A stretch of 64,000 nucleotides of DNA from positions 667-64,666 of the forward strand of contig JAZANL010000025.1 in NCBI GenBank assembly GCA_036251765.1. Direction: 5' to 3'. Position 1 is the stretch's first letter. Each line of letters opens with the position of its first letter. This document shows positions 18,229-28,808 of this stretch, one piece after another. This DNA is from Thermoplasmatota archaeon (GTDB taxonomy: Archaea; Thermoplasmatota; Poseidoniia; Poseidoniales; Thalassarchaeaceae). The notes beneath the pieces are model-generated. The model saw nothing but the letters and a program-made list of their open reading frames with translations. It did no database searches and was not told where the DNA came from. The position numbers were made by a program, and so were the translations under genes.

Positions 18229-21200
18229 ATGAAGGAGATTGTTGAGAGTTATTTCAAACAGAGAAGCCTAGTGAACCATCAGCTTGCTTCGTACGATGAC
18301 TGCATACCAGTCGGAGACGGGAAGGAAAGCAGGATGGAGAAGATCGTTAGAAACATCAGGATCGGAAGCGATGAGCCCGTTGAGGATGATGAGGGAGGAC
18401 TAGTGAAGCTAGATCTTCTGGATAAGGAAATTATTGTCAGACTGAAGAACCTTCGACTGGGCAGGCCCACAATAAAGGAAGCTAACGGGGCAGAGCACCA
18501 TGCCACTCCAATGGAGTGCAGGCTTAGGAAGCTAACATATTTCTCCCCAGTGTACTTGGACTTCAAGATATTCCGCGACGATTTACCACCCTCCCCGGGC
18601 ACTGAGATGGGATTCCAAGAAGAGACCAGCGTACACATCGGGAACCTGCCCATAATGGTTAGGTCTGGCCGATGCAATCTAAACCACAATCATGTAGACG
18701 AAAACAGGCGTCTCTCCCCCGATACGTCCGTTGAAGATTCTGAAAGATACAAACAACTACTGAGGAAATCCGGAGAGGATCCTCTTGACCCCGGTGGATA
18801 CTTCATCATCAACGGAACTGAGAGGGTTCTGATATCTATGGAGGATCTTGCTCCAAACAGAGTTACGGTTGAGAAGAACAAGAAGTATGCACACGAAACT
18901 CAGGTTGCAAAGATTTTCTCTCAGAAGGACGGAGTTAGGAAACCACTCAACGTTGAGAAGAGGAGAGATGGAATGCTGATGGTCAAGATTCCAAGTGCAG
19001 GTACAACACCAATCCCTCTTGTCTTGTTGATGAGGGCTCTCGGAGTGGAAAATGACAGAGAGATATTCGCATCAATAGCCGGTCCCCCGGAGGCAATGAA
19101 ATTTACAGTTGCCAACCTGAACGATTTGAGGGATAACGAGGAATATGGCGTCGATACTTCAGAGGAGGCCCTTGCATGGCTGGAGAAGAAATTCGCAGCA
19201 GGGCAGCAGAAAGAGTATCGTGAATCTCGCATTCAGAATCTCCTAGATAACGAACTCCTGCCCCACTTGGGATCAAGCATAGACAACAGAGAGAAGAAGG
19301 CAATATTCCTAGGAAGAATTGCACGCCAGGTCCTTGAAATGGCAATTAAAGACAAGGACCCAAACGACAAGGATCACTATGCAAACAAGCGTGTAAGATT
19401 GGCCGGTGACCTGATTGAAGACCTATTCAGAGTCAGCCTACAACAGCTTGCTAGAGACTTGAAATATCAGCTCGAGAGGCACCATAACAGGAAGAGGGAA
19501 CTTCGAATCTCCTCTTGCCTCAGGCCAGACGTACTGACTACGAAGATTATGCACGCATTGGCTACAGGAAACTGGGTCGGGGGCAGATCCGGGGTCAGCC
19601 AGCTTCTTGACAGGACCACGTATCTTTCTGCACTTTCCCACATGAGGAGAGTGACTAGCCCGCTCGTGAGGAGCCAACCACACTTCGAGGCAAGGGACTT
19701 GCACCCAACACAATGGGGGCGGCTATGCCCCAACGAAACTCCAGAGGGACAGAATTGCGGACTCGTCAAGAATGCTGCACAAATGATCGACGTCTCGGAG
19801 GAGGTTCCAGAAAGCGATGTGAAGGCTCTGCTAAAGGAAGCAGGCGTCAATGACAACCCCGATGGATGGGCCGACGGCTCCCGTATCCACGTCAATGGTG
19901 ACATCTTCGGTCTGCACAAGAGGCCCCAGAAGCTGGTTAGTCAGTTCAAGAGGAGGAGGAGATCAGGCAGAATCAGGCCCGAGGTGAGCATCAGGCACGA
20001 TCTTGAGAATCGCGATGTTTTCATCAATACTGACAGAGGTAGAATGCTTCGTCCGCTCTTGATTATCGATCATGGCAGCCTTCAGATTACGAAGATGCAT
20101 CTCGAAGGTCTAAGCTCGGGTGAGATAACATTCTCAGATCTAGTTTCTGGAGGTGTTGTTGAGTGGGTTGATGCAGAGGAGGAAGAAGACTTGCTGATCG
20201 CACCGAGACCATTCGATCTCCCTGCTCTTTCCCCCAAGAACAACCGCCCAATCAATCCAGCCAAGGTGGAGTGGACCAACTTGGGCGAACATGGAATTTC
20301 TCATGCTGAAGTTTCTGCAGAGGTAAAGATGCCCAATGGGGAAGTGAAGACTGAGAAGTTCAAAGTCCCACTAAATTACCACCAAGAAAATATAGATGCG
20401 CTGAAGAGAAAGGAGAAGAAGGACAACACAGTCCTCGTCTACACTCACGTCGAGATAGATCCACAACTGATTATGGGTGTTTGCGCGTCCTTGGTACCAT
20501 ATCCAGAGCACAACTCAACTCCCAGGGTTACAGGGGGAACGGCGATGGTCAAGCAAAGCCTCGGAGTTGCTAGTGCTAACTTCCGACTCAGGCCAGATAC
20601 ACGCGCACACGTGATGCATTACCCCCAACGCTCAATTGTTGGAACCAGGGCAATGACGTCAACAAAGTTCGATCAGAGGCCCGGGGGACAGAATTTCGTC
20701 GTGGCAATCGTCAGCCATCATGGATACAATATGCAAGATGCAGTGATAATGAACCGTGCTTCCGTTGAGAGAGCACTTGGACGATCGGCGTTCATCAGGA
20801 CGTACAACGCGGAGAATAAGAGATTCCCAGGCGGACAAGAGGAGAGGATAGAGGTCCCCGGAACCGGCCTTGACGAGATAAAGGGCCTAAAATCGTGGGA
20901 CTCTTATTCGCACCTGGAAAGGGACGGCCTCCCAGTTCCTGAGGTCGAACTCACCAGCCAAGAGGGAGGCAGGGGCATACTCGTAGGGAAGACGAGCCCG
21001 CCCAGATTCCTCGAGGAGTCTCATGGCGCTTTCCTACAAGCCCAAGAAAGGCGTGAATCATCAATGATGGTTAGGCATGGCGAGCAGGGATGGGTCGACA
21101 ACATCTTCGTCACCGAATCGCTCGATTCGGGTAGACTCGTAAGGATAACATTGCGCACCAACAAGATTCCAGAACTCGGTGACAAGTTCGCCAGTCGTCA

Positions 21201-21921
21201 CGGGCAGAAGGGAATCATCGGGAGATTGGTCGAGCAAGAGGATATGCCATTTACGGAAGATGGAGTAATCCCCGACCTTCTGATTAACCCACACGCCATT
21301 CCTTCCAGGATGACGGTTGCTCACGTTCTCGAAATGATTGGTGGAAAGGTAGGTTCGATGGAAGGTAGGAGAATTGATGGCACTGCATTCACCGGTGAGA
21401 AGGAGGAATCACTCCGTTCTGGGCTTCTGAGGAATGGCCTCAGGCACACGGGAAGGGAGTCTATGATTAACGGGGAGACCGGAGAGAGCTTCCCGGTCGA
21501 GACTTTCGTTGGCGTTATTTACTATCAGAGGCTCCACCACCTGGTTAGTAGCAAACTACACGCCCGCAGTAGGGGACGGGTACAGATTCTCACAAGGCAG
21601 CCGACCGAGGGGCGTGCCCGACAGGGCGGTCTACGATTCGGTGAGATGGAGAGGGATTGCCTCATTTCACACGGGGCGTCGATGGTCATCAAAGACAGGC
21701 TTCTGGATGAGTCCGATGGCTGGAATCTGATGGTATGCAACACTCCTCGTTGCGGGCATATCGCCTATTATGACTGGAAGAGGAGGACCACCATTTGCCC
21801 GGTTTGTGGCGATAGGTCGGATGTACATTCGGTACAGACATCTTACGCATTCAAGCTACTCCTGGATGAAATGAAGAGTCTTGGAGTTGCGATGAGACTA
21901 GAACTGGAGGATAGAAGATGA
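18229..21921 (+). CDS. rpoB: DNA-directed RNA polymerase subunit B (Rpo2), unsplit
   Basis: ~1230 aa from the Met after RBS 'GGAGGTG'. Conserved RNAP beta blocks ('GEMERDCLISHGA', C-terminal zinc ribbon 'CNTPRCGH...CPVCG'). Confidence 0.95.
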   Translation: MKEIVESYFKQRSLVNHQLASYDDCIPVGDGKESRMEKIVRNIRIGSDEPVEDDEGGLVKLDLLDKEIIVRLKNLRLGRPTIKEANGAEHHATPMECRLRKLTYFSPVYLDFKIFRDDLPPSPGTEMGFQEETSVHIGNLPIMVRSGRCNLNHNHVDENRRLSPDTSVEDSERYKQLLRKSGEDPLDPGGYFIINGTERVLISMEDLAPNRVTVEKNKKYAHETQVAKIFSQKDGVRKPLNVEKRRDGMLMVKIPSAGTTPIPLVLLMRALGVENDREIFASIAGPPEAMKFTVANLNDLRDNEEYGVDTSEEALAWLEKKFAAGQQKEYRESRIQNLLDNELLPHLGSSIDNREKKAIFLGRIARQVLEMAIKDKDPNDKDHYANKRVRLAGDLIEDLFRVSLQQLARDLKYQLERHHNRKRELRISSCLRPDVLTTKIMHALATGNWVGGRSGVSQLLDRTTYLSALSHMRRVTSPLVRSQPHFEARDLHPTQWGRLCPNETPEGQNCGLVKNAAQMIDVSEEVPESDVKALLKEAGVNDNPDGWADGSRIHVNGDIFGLHKRPQKLVSQFKRRRRSGRIRPEVSIRHDLENRDVFINTDRGRMLRPLLIIDHGSLQITKMHLEGLSSGEITFSDLVSGGVVEWVDAEEEEDLLIAPRPFDLPALSPKNNRPINPAKVEWTNLGEHGISHAEVSAEVKMPNGEVKTEKFKVPLNYHQENIDALKRKEKKDNTVLVYTHVEIDPQLIMGVCASLVPYPEHNSTPRVTGGTAMVKQSLGVASANFRLRPDTRAHVMHYPQRSIVGTRAMTSTKFDQRPGGQNFVVAIVSHHGYNMQDAVIMNRASVERALGRSAFIRTYNAENKRFPGGQEERIEVPGTGLDEIKGLKSWDSYSHLERDGLPVPEVELTSQEGGRGILVGKTSPPRFLEESHGAFLQAQERRESSMMVRHGEQGWVDNIFVTESLDSGRLVRITLRTNKIPELGDKFASRHGQKGIIGRLVEQEDMPFTEDGVIPDLLINPHAIPSRMTVAHVLEMIGGKVGSMEGRRIDGTAFTGEKEESLRSGLLRNGLRHTGRESMINGETGESFPVETFVGVIYYQRLHHLVSSKLHARSRGRVQILTRQPTEGRARQGGLRFGEMERDCLISHGASMVIKDRLLDESDGWNLMVCNTPRCGHIAYYDWKRRTTICPVCGDRSDVHSVQTSYAFKLLLDEMKSLGVAMRLELEDRR

Positions 21922-24900
21922 GCGCCCGCGATGCAGCCAAGATACCAAAGAGGATCGACTCTATTAGATTCACATTGATGGATCCCAACGAAATAAGGAA
22001 GATGTCTTCAGTTGAGGTAAAGACTGCGGATACTTACAAGGACGATGGTCACGCATTCAAGCAGGGGCTAATGGATCCCAAAATGGGGGTAATCGATCCC
22101 GGCATAAGGTGTGAGACCTGCGGCAACAAGCATGAGGAGTGCCCCAGTCACTTCGGACACATAGCCCTTGAACTTCCAGTGATGCACATCGGCTTCACGG
22201 GGTTGATCAAGACTTGCCTGAAGACCACCTGCAACACTTGCAGCAAGGCACTACTGCTCGATGCCCCGGAGTCACATCCTACCGACCCTGAGAAGTCTGA
22301 GCAGGACTATTACAGGGACCGTGTAAACGACATCATACTGAAGCATGGAGTGGGTGGCAGGGAGTTCAAGAAGATAATCAAGGACATCGAGAATCTCTGT
22401 GCCGGTGCAAAGAGGGCAATTTGCATGCACTGCGGTGCGGAACAAGGCAAGATAATCTTGGACAAGCCTACGACCTTTAAAGAAAAGAAGGCTGACAAGG
22501 GAGAGCACAAGCTGAATGCCAGAGATATCAGGGAGTGGCTCGAGAAGATCCCCGACGAGCATCTAATTTTCGTTGGAATGGAGAAAGACGTCAGTAGGCC
22601 AGAATGGACGATAATGAAGGTTCTTCCAGTCCCCCCAATTACCGTACGACCGTCAATCACACTAGAGAGTGGTGATAGATCTGAAGACGATCTAACTCAC
22701 AAGTTGGTCGATGTTCTGAGGATTAATCAGCGACTAAGGGAGAATCGTGACTCGGGTGCCCCACAGCTAATAGTGGAAGATCTCTGGGAACTTCTACAAT
22801 ACCACTGCACAACCTACTTCGACAATCAGACTAGTGGAATCCCCCCAGCAAGACATCGATCTGGACGACCCCTCAAGACTCTCTCTCAGAGATTAAAGGG
22901 CAAAGAAGGAAGGTTCAGGAGCAACCTATCAGGAAAGAGGGTGAATTTCTGCGCAAGGACCGTAATCAGCCCGGATCCAAATCTCGGAATTAACGAAGTC
23001 GGCGTGCCTGTAAAGACAGCGAAGGAACTAACGGTCCCTATCAGGGCTACTAGTAGAAACCGCGAACAATTGAGGCAGATGATACTCCGTGGCCCCGATG
23101 TCCATCCTGGTGTGAACTATATCATCAGGGGTGACAGATTCAGAGTGAGGATTACTGATAGAACCAAGTACATCTGGGCCGGCTTCAGATGTTTGAACCC
23201 GGAATGCCATTCTGGAAGCGAGGAAGAACCCTACATGGGCTATAGGCCAGACCTAAATGAGGTGCTACCAGCTCCAAACTTCCTTCCCGGACTAGTCCTA
23301 AAAGAGCAGATGCGGAGAGATCCGATCACCGATGAGCTAGTGCCCGAATGGAACGTTGACCTCGACCGAACTCTCTCTAACCTAAGAGGCGAAGGAGAAG
23401 ATGGAAAGCCATTGGCCGAAGATGACCCAGATGCAGCAATTCACTACAGATGGAAGTGGGAGGTAAATAATCCTGAAGAATATCTTCCAGAGCACCTAGA
23501 GGTGAAGTGTCCACACTGTGGTAGCCCTGAGGTTGAAGACGAGCATGGCAATGTCTACCCGACTGAGACGGAAGACAGACTTAGCACATACGACAGAGAA
23601 GGAAACCCTCGCCCCGGAGTAGTAGTTGAAAGGCATTTGATTGACGGAGACGTGACTATTTTCAATCGTCAACCATCCCTGCACCGGATGTCAATGCTCG
23701 TCCACGAGATTAGAGTAATGGAAGGCAAGACGTTCAGGTTCAATCTAGCCGATTGCACCCCATACAATGCAGATTTCGATGGTGATGAGATGAACCTCCA
23801 CGTTATTCAGAGCGAGGAAGCCAGAGCAGAAGCCAGAATCTTGATGAGGGTCCAAGAGCACATTATCTCCCCGAGGTATGGTGGTAGCGTTATCGGGGGG
23901 ATCCACGACCACATCACTGGTGCATACCTACTTACCCACGGAGAGGCCTTCCTGCCAATGCATGTTGCAATGGATGTGTTAAGCTCAATCGGATGGGAGG
24001 GTGAATTGCCAGAAGCAGTAGAGAGGAACGGACAGACTGGATACCTTGGAAACCAAATCTTCAGCCTATTGGTACGTGGGGGATTCAGCCTGAACTTCAA
24101 GAATAGAGCCGGGGAAGACGTACAAGTATCTCAAGGAGATGTTTCTGGCTCTATCGATAAGAGAGGAATAGGTGCCGAAGACGGCAGACTCCTAGATGCG
24201 GTAGTGCAGACGCATGGGACCGACCTTGGAGCAGACTTCATCAACAAGATGACCAAGATGACCATCGCTATTTGTACAGCAATGGGCTTCACAACGGGGA
24301 TTGATGACGAGGATCTTCCACCCGAGGCAAAGGAGGAGATTGACAGAATTAATGCTGAGGCCAGCACCAACGTGGATGCCGAATTGGAGAAATTCGGAAA
24401 GGACGGTAGGAAGTACGAGGCTAGACCAGGGAGGACTCCCCATGAGACCCTAGAAGAGAACATCCTTACAATTCTGGACGCAGCCAAGGCCGAGACTGGA
24501 AACGTCGCCAAGGCACTACTAGGCGATGACAACTCAGCGGTACTGATGGCCACTTCCGGTGCTAGAGGGTCTATGGACAACCTAGCGATGATGGCCGGAT
24601 CAATCGGACAACCGAAAGTTAGGGGCAAGAGGCTTGAGAGAGGATACCAAGACCGCGTCCTTTCCCACTTCCCCAGGAAGGTAAAGGGTGCCAAGGAGAA
24701 GGGCTTCGTTTCCTCTTCATTCAAGAGGGGCCTAGAACCCACTGAATTCTTCATGCTATCAGTATCAGGAAGGGAGTCCTTGGTTGATACAGCAGTTAGG
24801 ACGAGCAAATCTGGATACATGCAACGGCGTCTGATTAATGCAATGGACGACCTAAAGGTTTCAAACGACCCGATGGCTTCGGTTAGAAATACCGCTAACC

Positions 24901-25013
24901 GAATAATCCAATTCGAATACGGAGAAGACGGCACAGATCCTGCTAGGAGCAGGAAAGGAAGCCCATTCGACGTGGACCAAGTTCTGAATGACGCATTGGG
25001 AGGTGCTAACTGA
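21918..25013 (+). CDS. rpoA1: DNA-directed RNA polymerase subunit A' (Rpo1N), carrying a ~130-aa insertion
   Basis: 1031 aa. N-terminal zinc cluster '[17 protein letters not shown]'. '[10 protein letters not shown]' catalytic Asp triad. Start overlaps the rpoB stop (ATGA). Confidence 0.95.
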   Translation: MSARDAAKIPKRIDSIRFTLMDPNEIRKMSSVEVKTADTYKDDGHAFKQGLMDPKMGVIDPGIRCETCGNKHEECPSHFGHIALELPVMHIGFTGLIKTCLKTTCNTCSKALLLDAPESHPTDPEKSEQDYYRDRVNDIILKHGVGGREFKKIIKDIENLCAGAKRAICMHCGAEQGKIILDKPTTFKEKKADKGEHKLNARDIREWLEKIPDEHLIFVGMEKDVSRPEWTIMKVLPVPPITVRPSITLESGDRSEDDLTHKLVDVLRINQRLRENRDSGAPQLIVEDLWELLQYHCTTYFDNQTSGIPPARHRSGRPLKTLSQRLKGKEGRFRSNLSGKRVNFCARTVISPDPNLGINEVGVPVKTAKELTVPIRATSRNREQLRQMILRGPDVHPGVNYIIRGDRFRVRITDRTKYIWAGFRCLNPECHSGSEEEPYMGYRPDLNEVLPAPNFLPGLVLKEQMRRDPITDELVPEWNVDLDRTLSNLRGEGEDGKPLAEDDPDAAIHYRWKWEVNNPEEYLPEHLEVKCPHCGSPEVEDEHGNVYPTETEDRLSTYDREGNPRPGVVVERHLIDGDVTIFNRQPSLHRMSMLVHEIRVMEGKTFRFNLADCTPYNADFDGDEMNLHVIQSEEARAEARILMRVQEHIISPRYGGSVIGGIHDHITGAYLLTHGEAFLPMHVAMDVLSSIGWEGELPEAVERNGQTGYLGNQIFSLLVRGGFSLNFKNRAGEDVQVSQGDVSGSIDKRGIGAEDGRLLDAVVQTHGTDLGADFINKMTKMTIAICTAMGFTTGIDDEDLPPEAKEEIDRINAEASTNVDAELEKFGKDGRKYEARPGRTPHETLEENILTILDAAKAETGNVAKALLGDDNSAVLMATSGARGSMDNLAMMAGSIGQPKVRGKRLERGYQDRVLSHFPRKVKGAKEKGFVSSSFKRGLEPTEFFMLSVSGRESLVDTAVRTSKSGYMQRRLINAMDDLKVSNDPMASVRNTANRIIQFEYGEDGTDPARSRKGSPFDVDQVLNDALGGAN

Positions 25014-26593
25014 TGGTAGTCAAGAGTGCGACAAAGAAGAAACTGATGGATCTGGGAATCGAGGAAGAGTATGCACACAAGCTCGCCGATGACAGAAAAT
25101 GGGATGACGTGAAGGGACTCTCTCCCGGGCAAATTGCTCAGATATGCGGAATAGACTCGGGAACTTCACAGCGAATACACGATGTAATGGCAAGCTCTGT
25201 AAAATCATCCAGAGCCTCCGCTGCAAGCTCCGAGAAGACTATTGTACGGCGTCGAACAGTCTCTCGACGTCGAAGAACTACTCGTTCCCTACCATTGCAG
25301 GATTACGACTACGATTCAAAAATGAAGCAACTAATCCGTGACATTGATCACGAGGATGAGATGTACATACAACTCAACAAAGCCGCAGAAAAAGAAGGCT
25401 CTAGCATGACTCCAATGATGATTGACCAACTGGTCAAGGGACTCCACAGCAGAGGGGAGAAGAAACTGACTGATGCCAAGGCAAAGAAGATCATCAATTC
25501 TGCAAATAACTTCTACATGGATTCCAAGGCAGTCCCTCACGAAGCCGTCGGTATCACAACTGCTCAATCAATTGGCGAACCGGGGACTCAGATGACAATG
25601 CGTACCTTCCACTACGCTGGTGTGGCAACTGTAAACGTCACCCAGGGTCTTCCAAGGATTATCGAGATTGTCGATGCTAGGAAGGTGCCTAAGACCCCAA
25701 CAATGATAATTTACATGGATGAGAAGAACTCTAAGGGCAAGCCCCTAAGGACCAATGAAAAGCTCGTCAGAGATCTAGCAGCCTCAATAGAGACTACCAC
25801 TGCAATGGACATAGCCACTATCGATGTGGACGTCGCCCAGCGGAACATAGTACTTCAATTGAACAATAGCAATATGAGGCTGAAGAAGATGAATGGAGCC
25901 GAGGTTAGGGACAAACTATCCCGCGCACTCAGGCTTTACGTCCAAGCAGATGACGAAGATCGCCCTAAGTCACTAAGGATAATTCCCGGGGTTTCAAAGG
26001 AAGAGGATCTTGCTGACCTTGCATCAGACCCACCGACATATACGGCGCTCCTGCAACTAGAAGACAAGATCAAGAAACTCCGTCTGAAGGGACTTCCTGG
26101 AATCAGTAGAGCCACCGTACAAGGACCCATGTCAGAAACAGGTGAGTACTACATTTCCACAATCGGCTCCAATCTTTCGAAGGTCAGCGAGTTCGATGGC
26201 GTGGATAGATCGAGAACTTACACCAACAATATCAACGAGATTCATGACTACCTGGGGATTGAGGCTGCTCGTCAGGCGATAATTAACGAAATGTGGGACA
26301 CACTCGAAGGAGCCGGGCTTGATGTGGATGTTAGACACCTCATCATGGTTTCAGATGTTATGACAACCGGCGGTGAAGTTAGGGCAATAGGGCGTCACGG
26401 TGTCAGCGGGACCAAGCACTCGATTCTTGCCAGATCAGCCTTCGAGGTTACTGTCACCCATCTATTGAAGGCTGGTGTAATCGGTGAGAGAGACATGCTA
26501 TCGGGTGTGACTGAGAACATCATTGTCGGTCAGCCGGTGGCTTTGGGTACTGGCAGCGTCGAGCTATTCTACATACCAGAAGAAACCAATTGA
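25013..26593 (+). CDS. rpoA2: DNA-directed RNA polymerase subunit A'' (Rpo1C) with a ~150-aa N-terminal extension
   Basis: Core A'' region begins near '[30 protein letters not shown]'. N-terminus '[27 protein letters not shown]' parallels the RpoH extension. Start overlaps the rpoA' stop. Confidence 0.9.
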   Translation: MVVKSATKKKLMDLGIEEEYAHKLADDRKWDDVKGLSPGQIAQICGIDSGTSQRIHDVMASSVKSSRASAASSEKTIVRRRTVSRRRRTTRSLPLQDYDYDSKMKQLIRDIDHEDEMYIQLNKAAEKEGSSMTPMMIDQLVKGLHSRGEKKLTDAKAKKIINSANNFYMDSKAVPHEAVGITTAQSIGEPGTQMTMRTFHYAGVATVNVTQGLPRIIEIVDARKVPKTPTMIIYMDEKNSKGKPLRTNEKLVRDLAASIETTTAMDIATIDVDVAQRNIVLQLNNSNMRLKKMNGAEVRDKLSRALRLYVQADDEDRPKSLRIIPGVSKEEDLADLASDPPTYTALLQLEDKIKKLRLKGLPGISRATVQGPMSETGEYYISTIGSNLSKVSEFDGVDRSRTYTNNINEIHDYLGIEAARQAIINEMWDTLEGAGLDVDVRHLIMVSDVMTTGGEVRAIGRHGVSGTKHSILARSAFEVTVTHLLKAGVIGERDMLSGVTENIIVGQPVALGTGSVELFYIPEETN

Positions 26594-26603
26594 GGTGAAA
26601 GGA

Positions 26604-26900
26604 ATGGACATAGCTAGGCAATTGAAGCAAGGAATAAACACCGGAAACATTGTTTTCGGTCAAAGGCAGACATCATCTGAGTGCTCCAAGGGAGGGGCGA
26701 AAATGGTCCTAGTTGCCGCCAACTGCCCTGAATCATTTATCGATGAACTTCGGAACTCACATCCATCTGTGCCAGTTCACCAGGTTACGTTGGTGAATCG
26801 GCAGCTTGGAGCAGCGTGTGGAAAACCATTCCCAGTAAGCTCCCTATGCATCATAGATGCTGGCCAGAGCGACTTGCTCCAACTCGCACCCAATCTTTGA
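26604..26900 (+). CDS. rpl30e: Ribosomal protein L30e
   Basis: 98 aa from the internal Met after RBS 'GGTGAAAGG'. 'GKVVLVAANCPE' L30e/L7Ae-fold core. Canonical position after rpoA''. Confidence 0.85.
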   Translation: MDIARQLKQGINTGNIVFGQRQTSSECSKGGAKMVLVAANCPESFIDELRNSHPSVPVHQVTLVNRQLGAACGKPFPVSSLCIIDAGQSDLLQLAPNL

Positions 26901-26929
26901 TTGGATAATCGTCCTCAGAAACTATTTTC

Positions 26930-27889
26930 TTGGGTTTTCTTCAAAGTCACACCCTTCGCCCTAGATCTATGGAAGAGGCGTTGCGGGATCTTCTCAGAAT
27001 AAAAGCTGTTAACCTCCGCACCCAGAAAGTGGGCTCTGTAGCGCCCGGCTTCACCTTCCTGGGCGTCGCCAATGCAATCCCAGATTTGGAAATACACTCG
27101 AATGAGGTTTTTATTTGGCATGCCAAAGCCGGAATATTGCCAATCACTGAGAGTGAGATAATCAGGTTTGGAATGGATGCACCCAATGGCCTCAACATAA
27201 TCCTGAGTGAAAGGCCCGTTCATTCGGAATGCCACTCGGTAGCTACTTTCAATTTCAGAATTCTTGAACCCGAGGAAGTTTCCATGTGGGTCGGAAAGGC
27301 CGTTCTATCAGGAGATTTGATTGCAACCGCTAAGGATGAAGTAGAGGACCAAATGGAACGATTAGAACATGAAAAAAGAACCCAGAAACTGTTAGTTCTG
27401 AACCCAGTCATTGAGATCAAGGAATGGTCTTCACAACGTGGAATGGATGGTTTCTCTTCAACCCCCATTCTCCTAAGGGCACGACTGTGGTCGGTATCGG
27501 GGGAATTGAAAGGGCCCGATGGTGAAAGAGAATCCGGTGAATGGGTGATTCTTGAGGATCCGTGGTCAAAAACCGTGTCTCTAATGAATGATATTCACAA
27601 TCTCCGCCAGGCACCAATTCTGAGGACTATTGAACCACAGAATTCCAATTGGCTTACTCCTGATAGGATAAATCAAGAATTGTCCAAAGCCATCGAGGAA
27701 AGGAGGAGAGGGGGCTCAGGAGAGATCAGTGATTCAGGAACCGTCCGTAGCATGCTTCTACAGAAATGGTCTTTGGACTCCGAAAGAGCCAGAATTGCCG
27801 ATTGCAAGATAATGATTCCTGGATGGCTAATACACTTTGAATCCGAAAAGATTCTGCACGGACGTAACGGTCGCCTATACGATTACTAA
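26930..27889 (+). CDS. Hypothetical protein (319 aa) occupying the position where nusA/rps12/rps7 normally follow rpl30e
   Basis: Long ORF with ordinary composition. No recognisable motif. Start uncertain (internal Met at ~26969 is possible). Confidence 0.4.
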   Translation: MGFLQSHTLRPRSMEEALRDLLRIKAVNLRTQKVGSVAPGFTFLGVANAIPDLEIHSNEVFIWHAKAGILPITESEIIRFGMDAPNGLNIILSERPVHSECHSVATFNFRILEPEEVSMWVGKAVLSGDLIATAKDEVEDQMERLEHEKRTQKLLVLNPVIEIKEWSSQRGMDGFSSTPILLRARLWSVSGELKGPDGERESGEWVILEDPWSKTVSLMNDIHNLRQAPILRTIEPQNSNWLTPDRINQELSKAIEERRRGGSGEISDSGTVRSMLLQKWSLDSERARIADCKIMIPGWLIHFESEKILHGRNGRLYDY

Positions 27890-28749
27890 TTCCTCTGTAG
27901 CAGCATCATATCTTCATCCGAGAGGGTTTGACCCTCCATAAGCCTAGACATTAAGTCAGTAACTTCAACCCTCTCCGAATCCTGCTCTTTCTTTGTTCCT
28001 GATAACTTCAGAATATCCTGCATAGAATGAATACACCGGAGGGAGATGATGTATTTGTTGTGTAAATCATCAGCTTCACCCTTAGTTGCAGTTAGTCCTA
28101 GATGTTCTGAATTTGCCATCCCCCTGAGCCTATCAACTTCATTTGAAAGCTCCATCATCAGGGAGTGGGCCTCCTCTGACTTCTCGGAAGCGTCGGTTAC
28201 AGCATCATGTGCTTTCTGCTGCCTCTTCTCAGCTTGCTTCACTTCCTTCAGAACAGAAGAGCTACTCGCTTCCTCTTCCTTTTTGAGCAATTTAAATTCA
28301 GTCTGCAACCTCTTCATTGTCGCATAGAAGTCCCTCTCCTTCTTTGGGCTAATTTGACCTGTCTGATGCCGCCACTCCAGCTTATTCATCTGCTCGCGAA
28401 TTTTTCGGGATCCTGGGCCCTTCCTCTTTTTGCCTTTGTCTTGATCATTATTTTCAACCGAGCTCCTCAATTTAGCCCTAACTTCCTTTAATTCATTTGT
28501 CTTCTCGAGCCTAATCTTCCTAAGTTCTGCGACCCTACTATTTGCCTCATTCCGCAATGTCTTCTGCTTCTGCACTTCGGTGATCAATTGCTTCACTTGA
28601 CTATTTATCTCATTCCTCTTGTCTAATTGACCTCTGACTTTCACGTTGAGTTGGTCACGTCTTGTTTTGAAATCTGTCAGCTTATCACTAACCAACTGAG
28701 TTTTCGTTTCGAAAACTTGACTAAAATTCGACTGATTGAGTTCCAACAA
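27886..28749 (-). CDS. Coiled-coil protein, paralogue 3 of a tandem triplet
   Basis: 287 aa, K/E/R/Q-rich heptad-like sequence. Overlaps the upstream paralogue's 3' region. Confidence 0.5.
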   Translation of the reverse strand: MLELNQSNFSQVFETKTQLVSDKLTDFKTRRDQLNVKVRGQLDKRNEINSQVKQLITEVQKQKTLRNEANSRVAELRKIRLEKTNELKEVRAKLRSSVENNDQDKGKKRKGPGSRKIREQMNKLEWRHQTGQISPKKERDFYATMKRLQTEFKLLKKEEEASSSSVLKEVKQAEKRQQKAHDAVTDASEKSEEAHSLMMELSNEVDRLRGMANSEHLGLTATKGEADDLHNKYIISLRCIHSMQDILKLSGTKKEQDSERVEVTDLMSRLMEGQTLSDEDMMLLQRN

Positions 28750-28808
28750 CTACCCTCAGAGATGCCCAATTGAAGCCTCCATTTAAGGAATACCGAGTTT
28801 TTACACCC

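Noticed and set aside
18279-19919. Several 100-150-aa minus-strand ORFs within rpoB
   Set aside because: Shadow ORFs inside a conserved gene. No motifs.
24131-25132. 333-aa minus-strand ORF inside rpoA'
   Set aside because: Antisense shadow ORF of a highly conserved gene. Ser/Pro/Leu-rich composition typical of frame artefacts. No motif.
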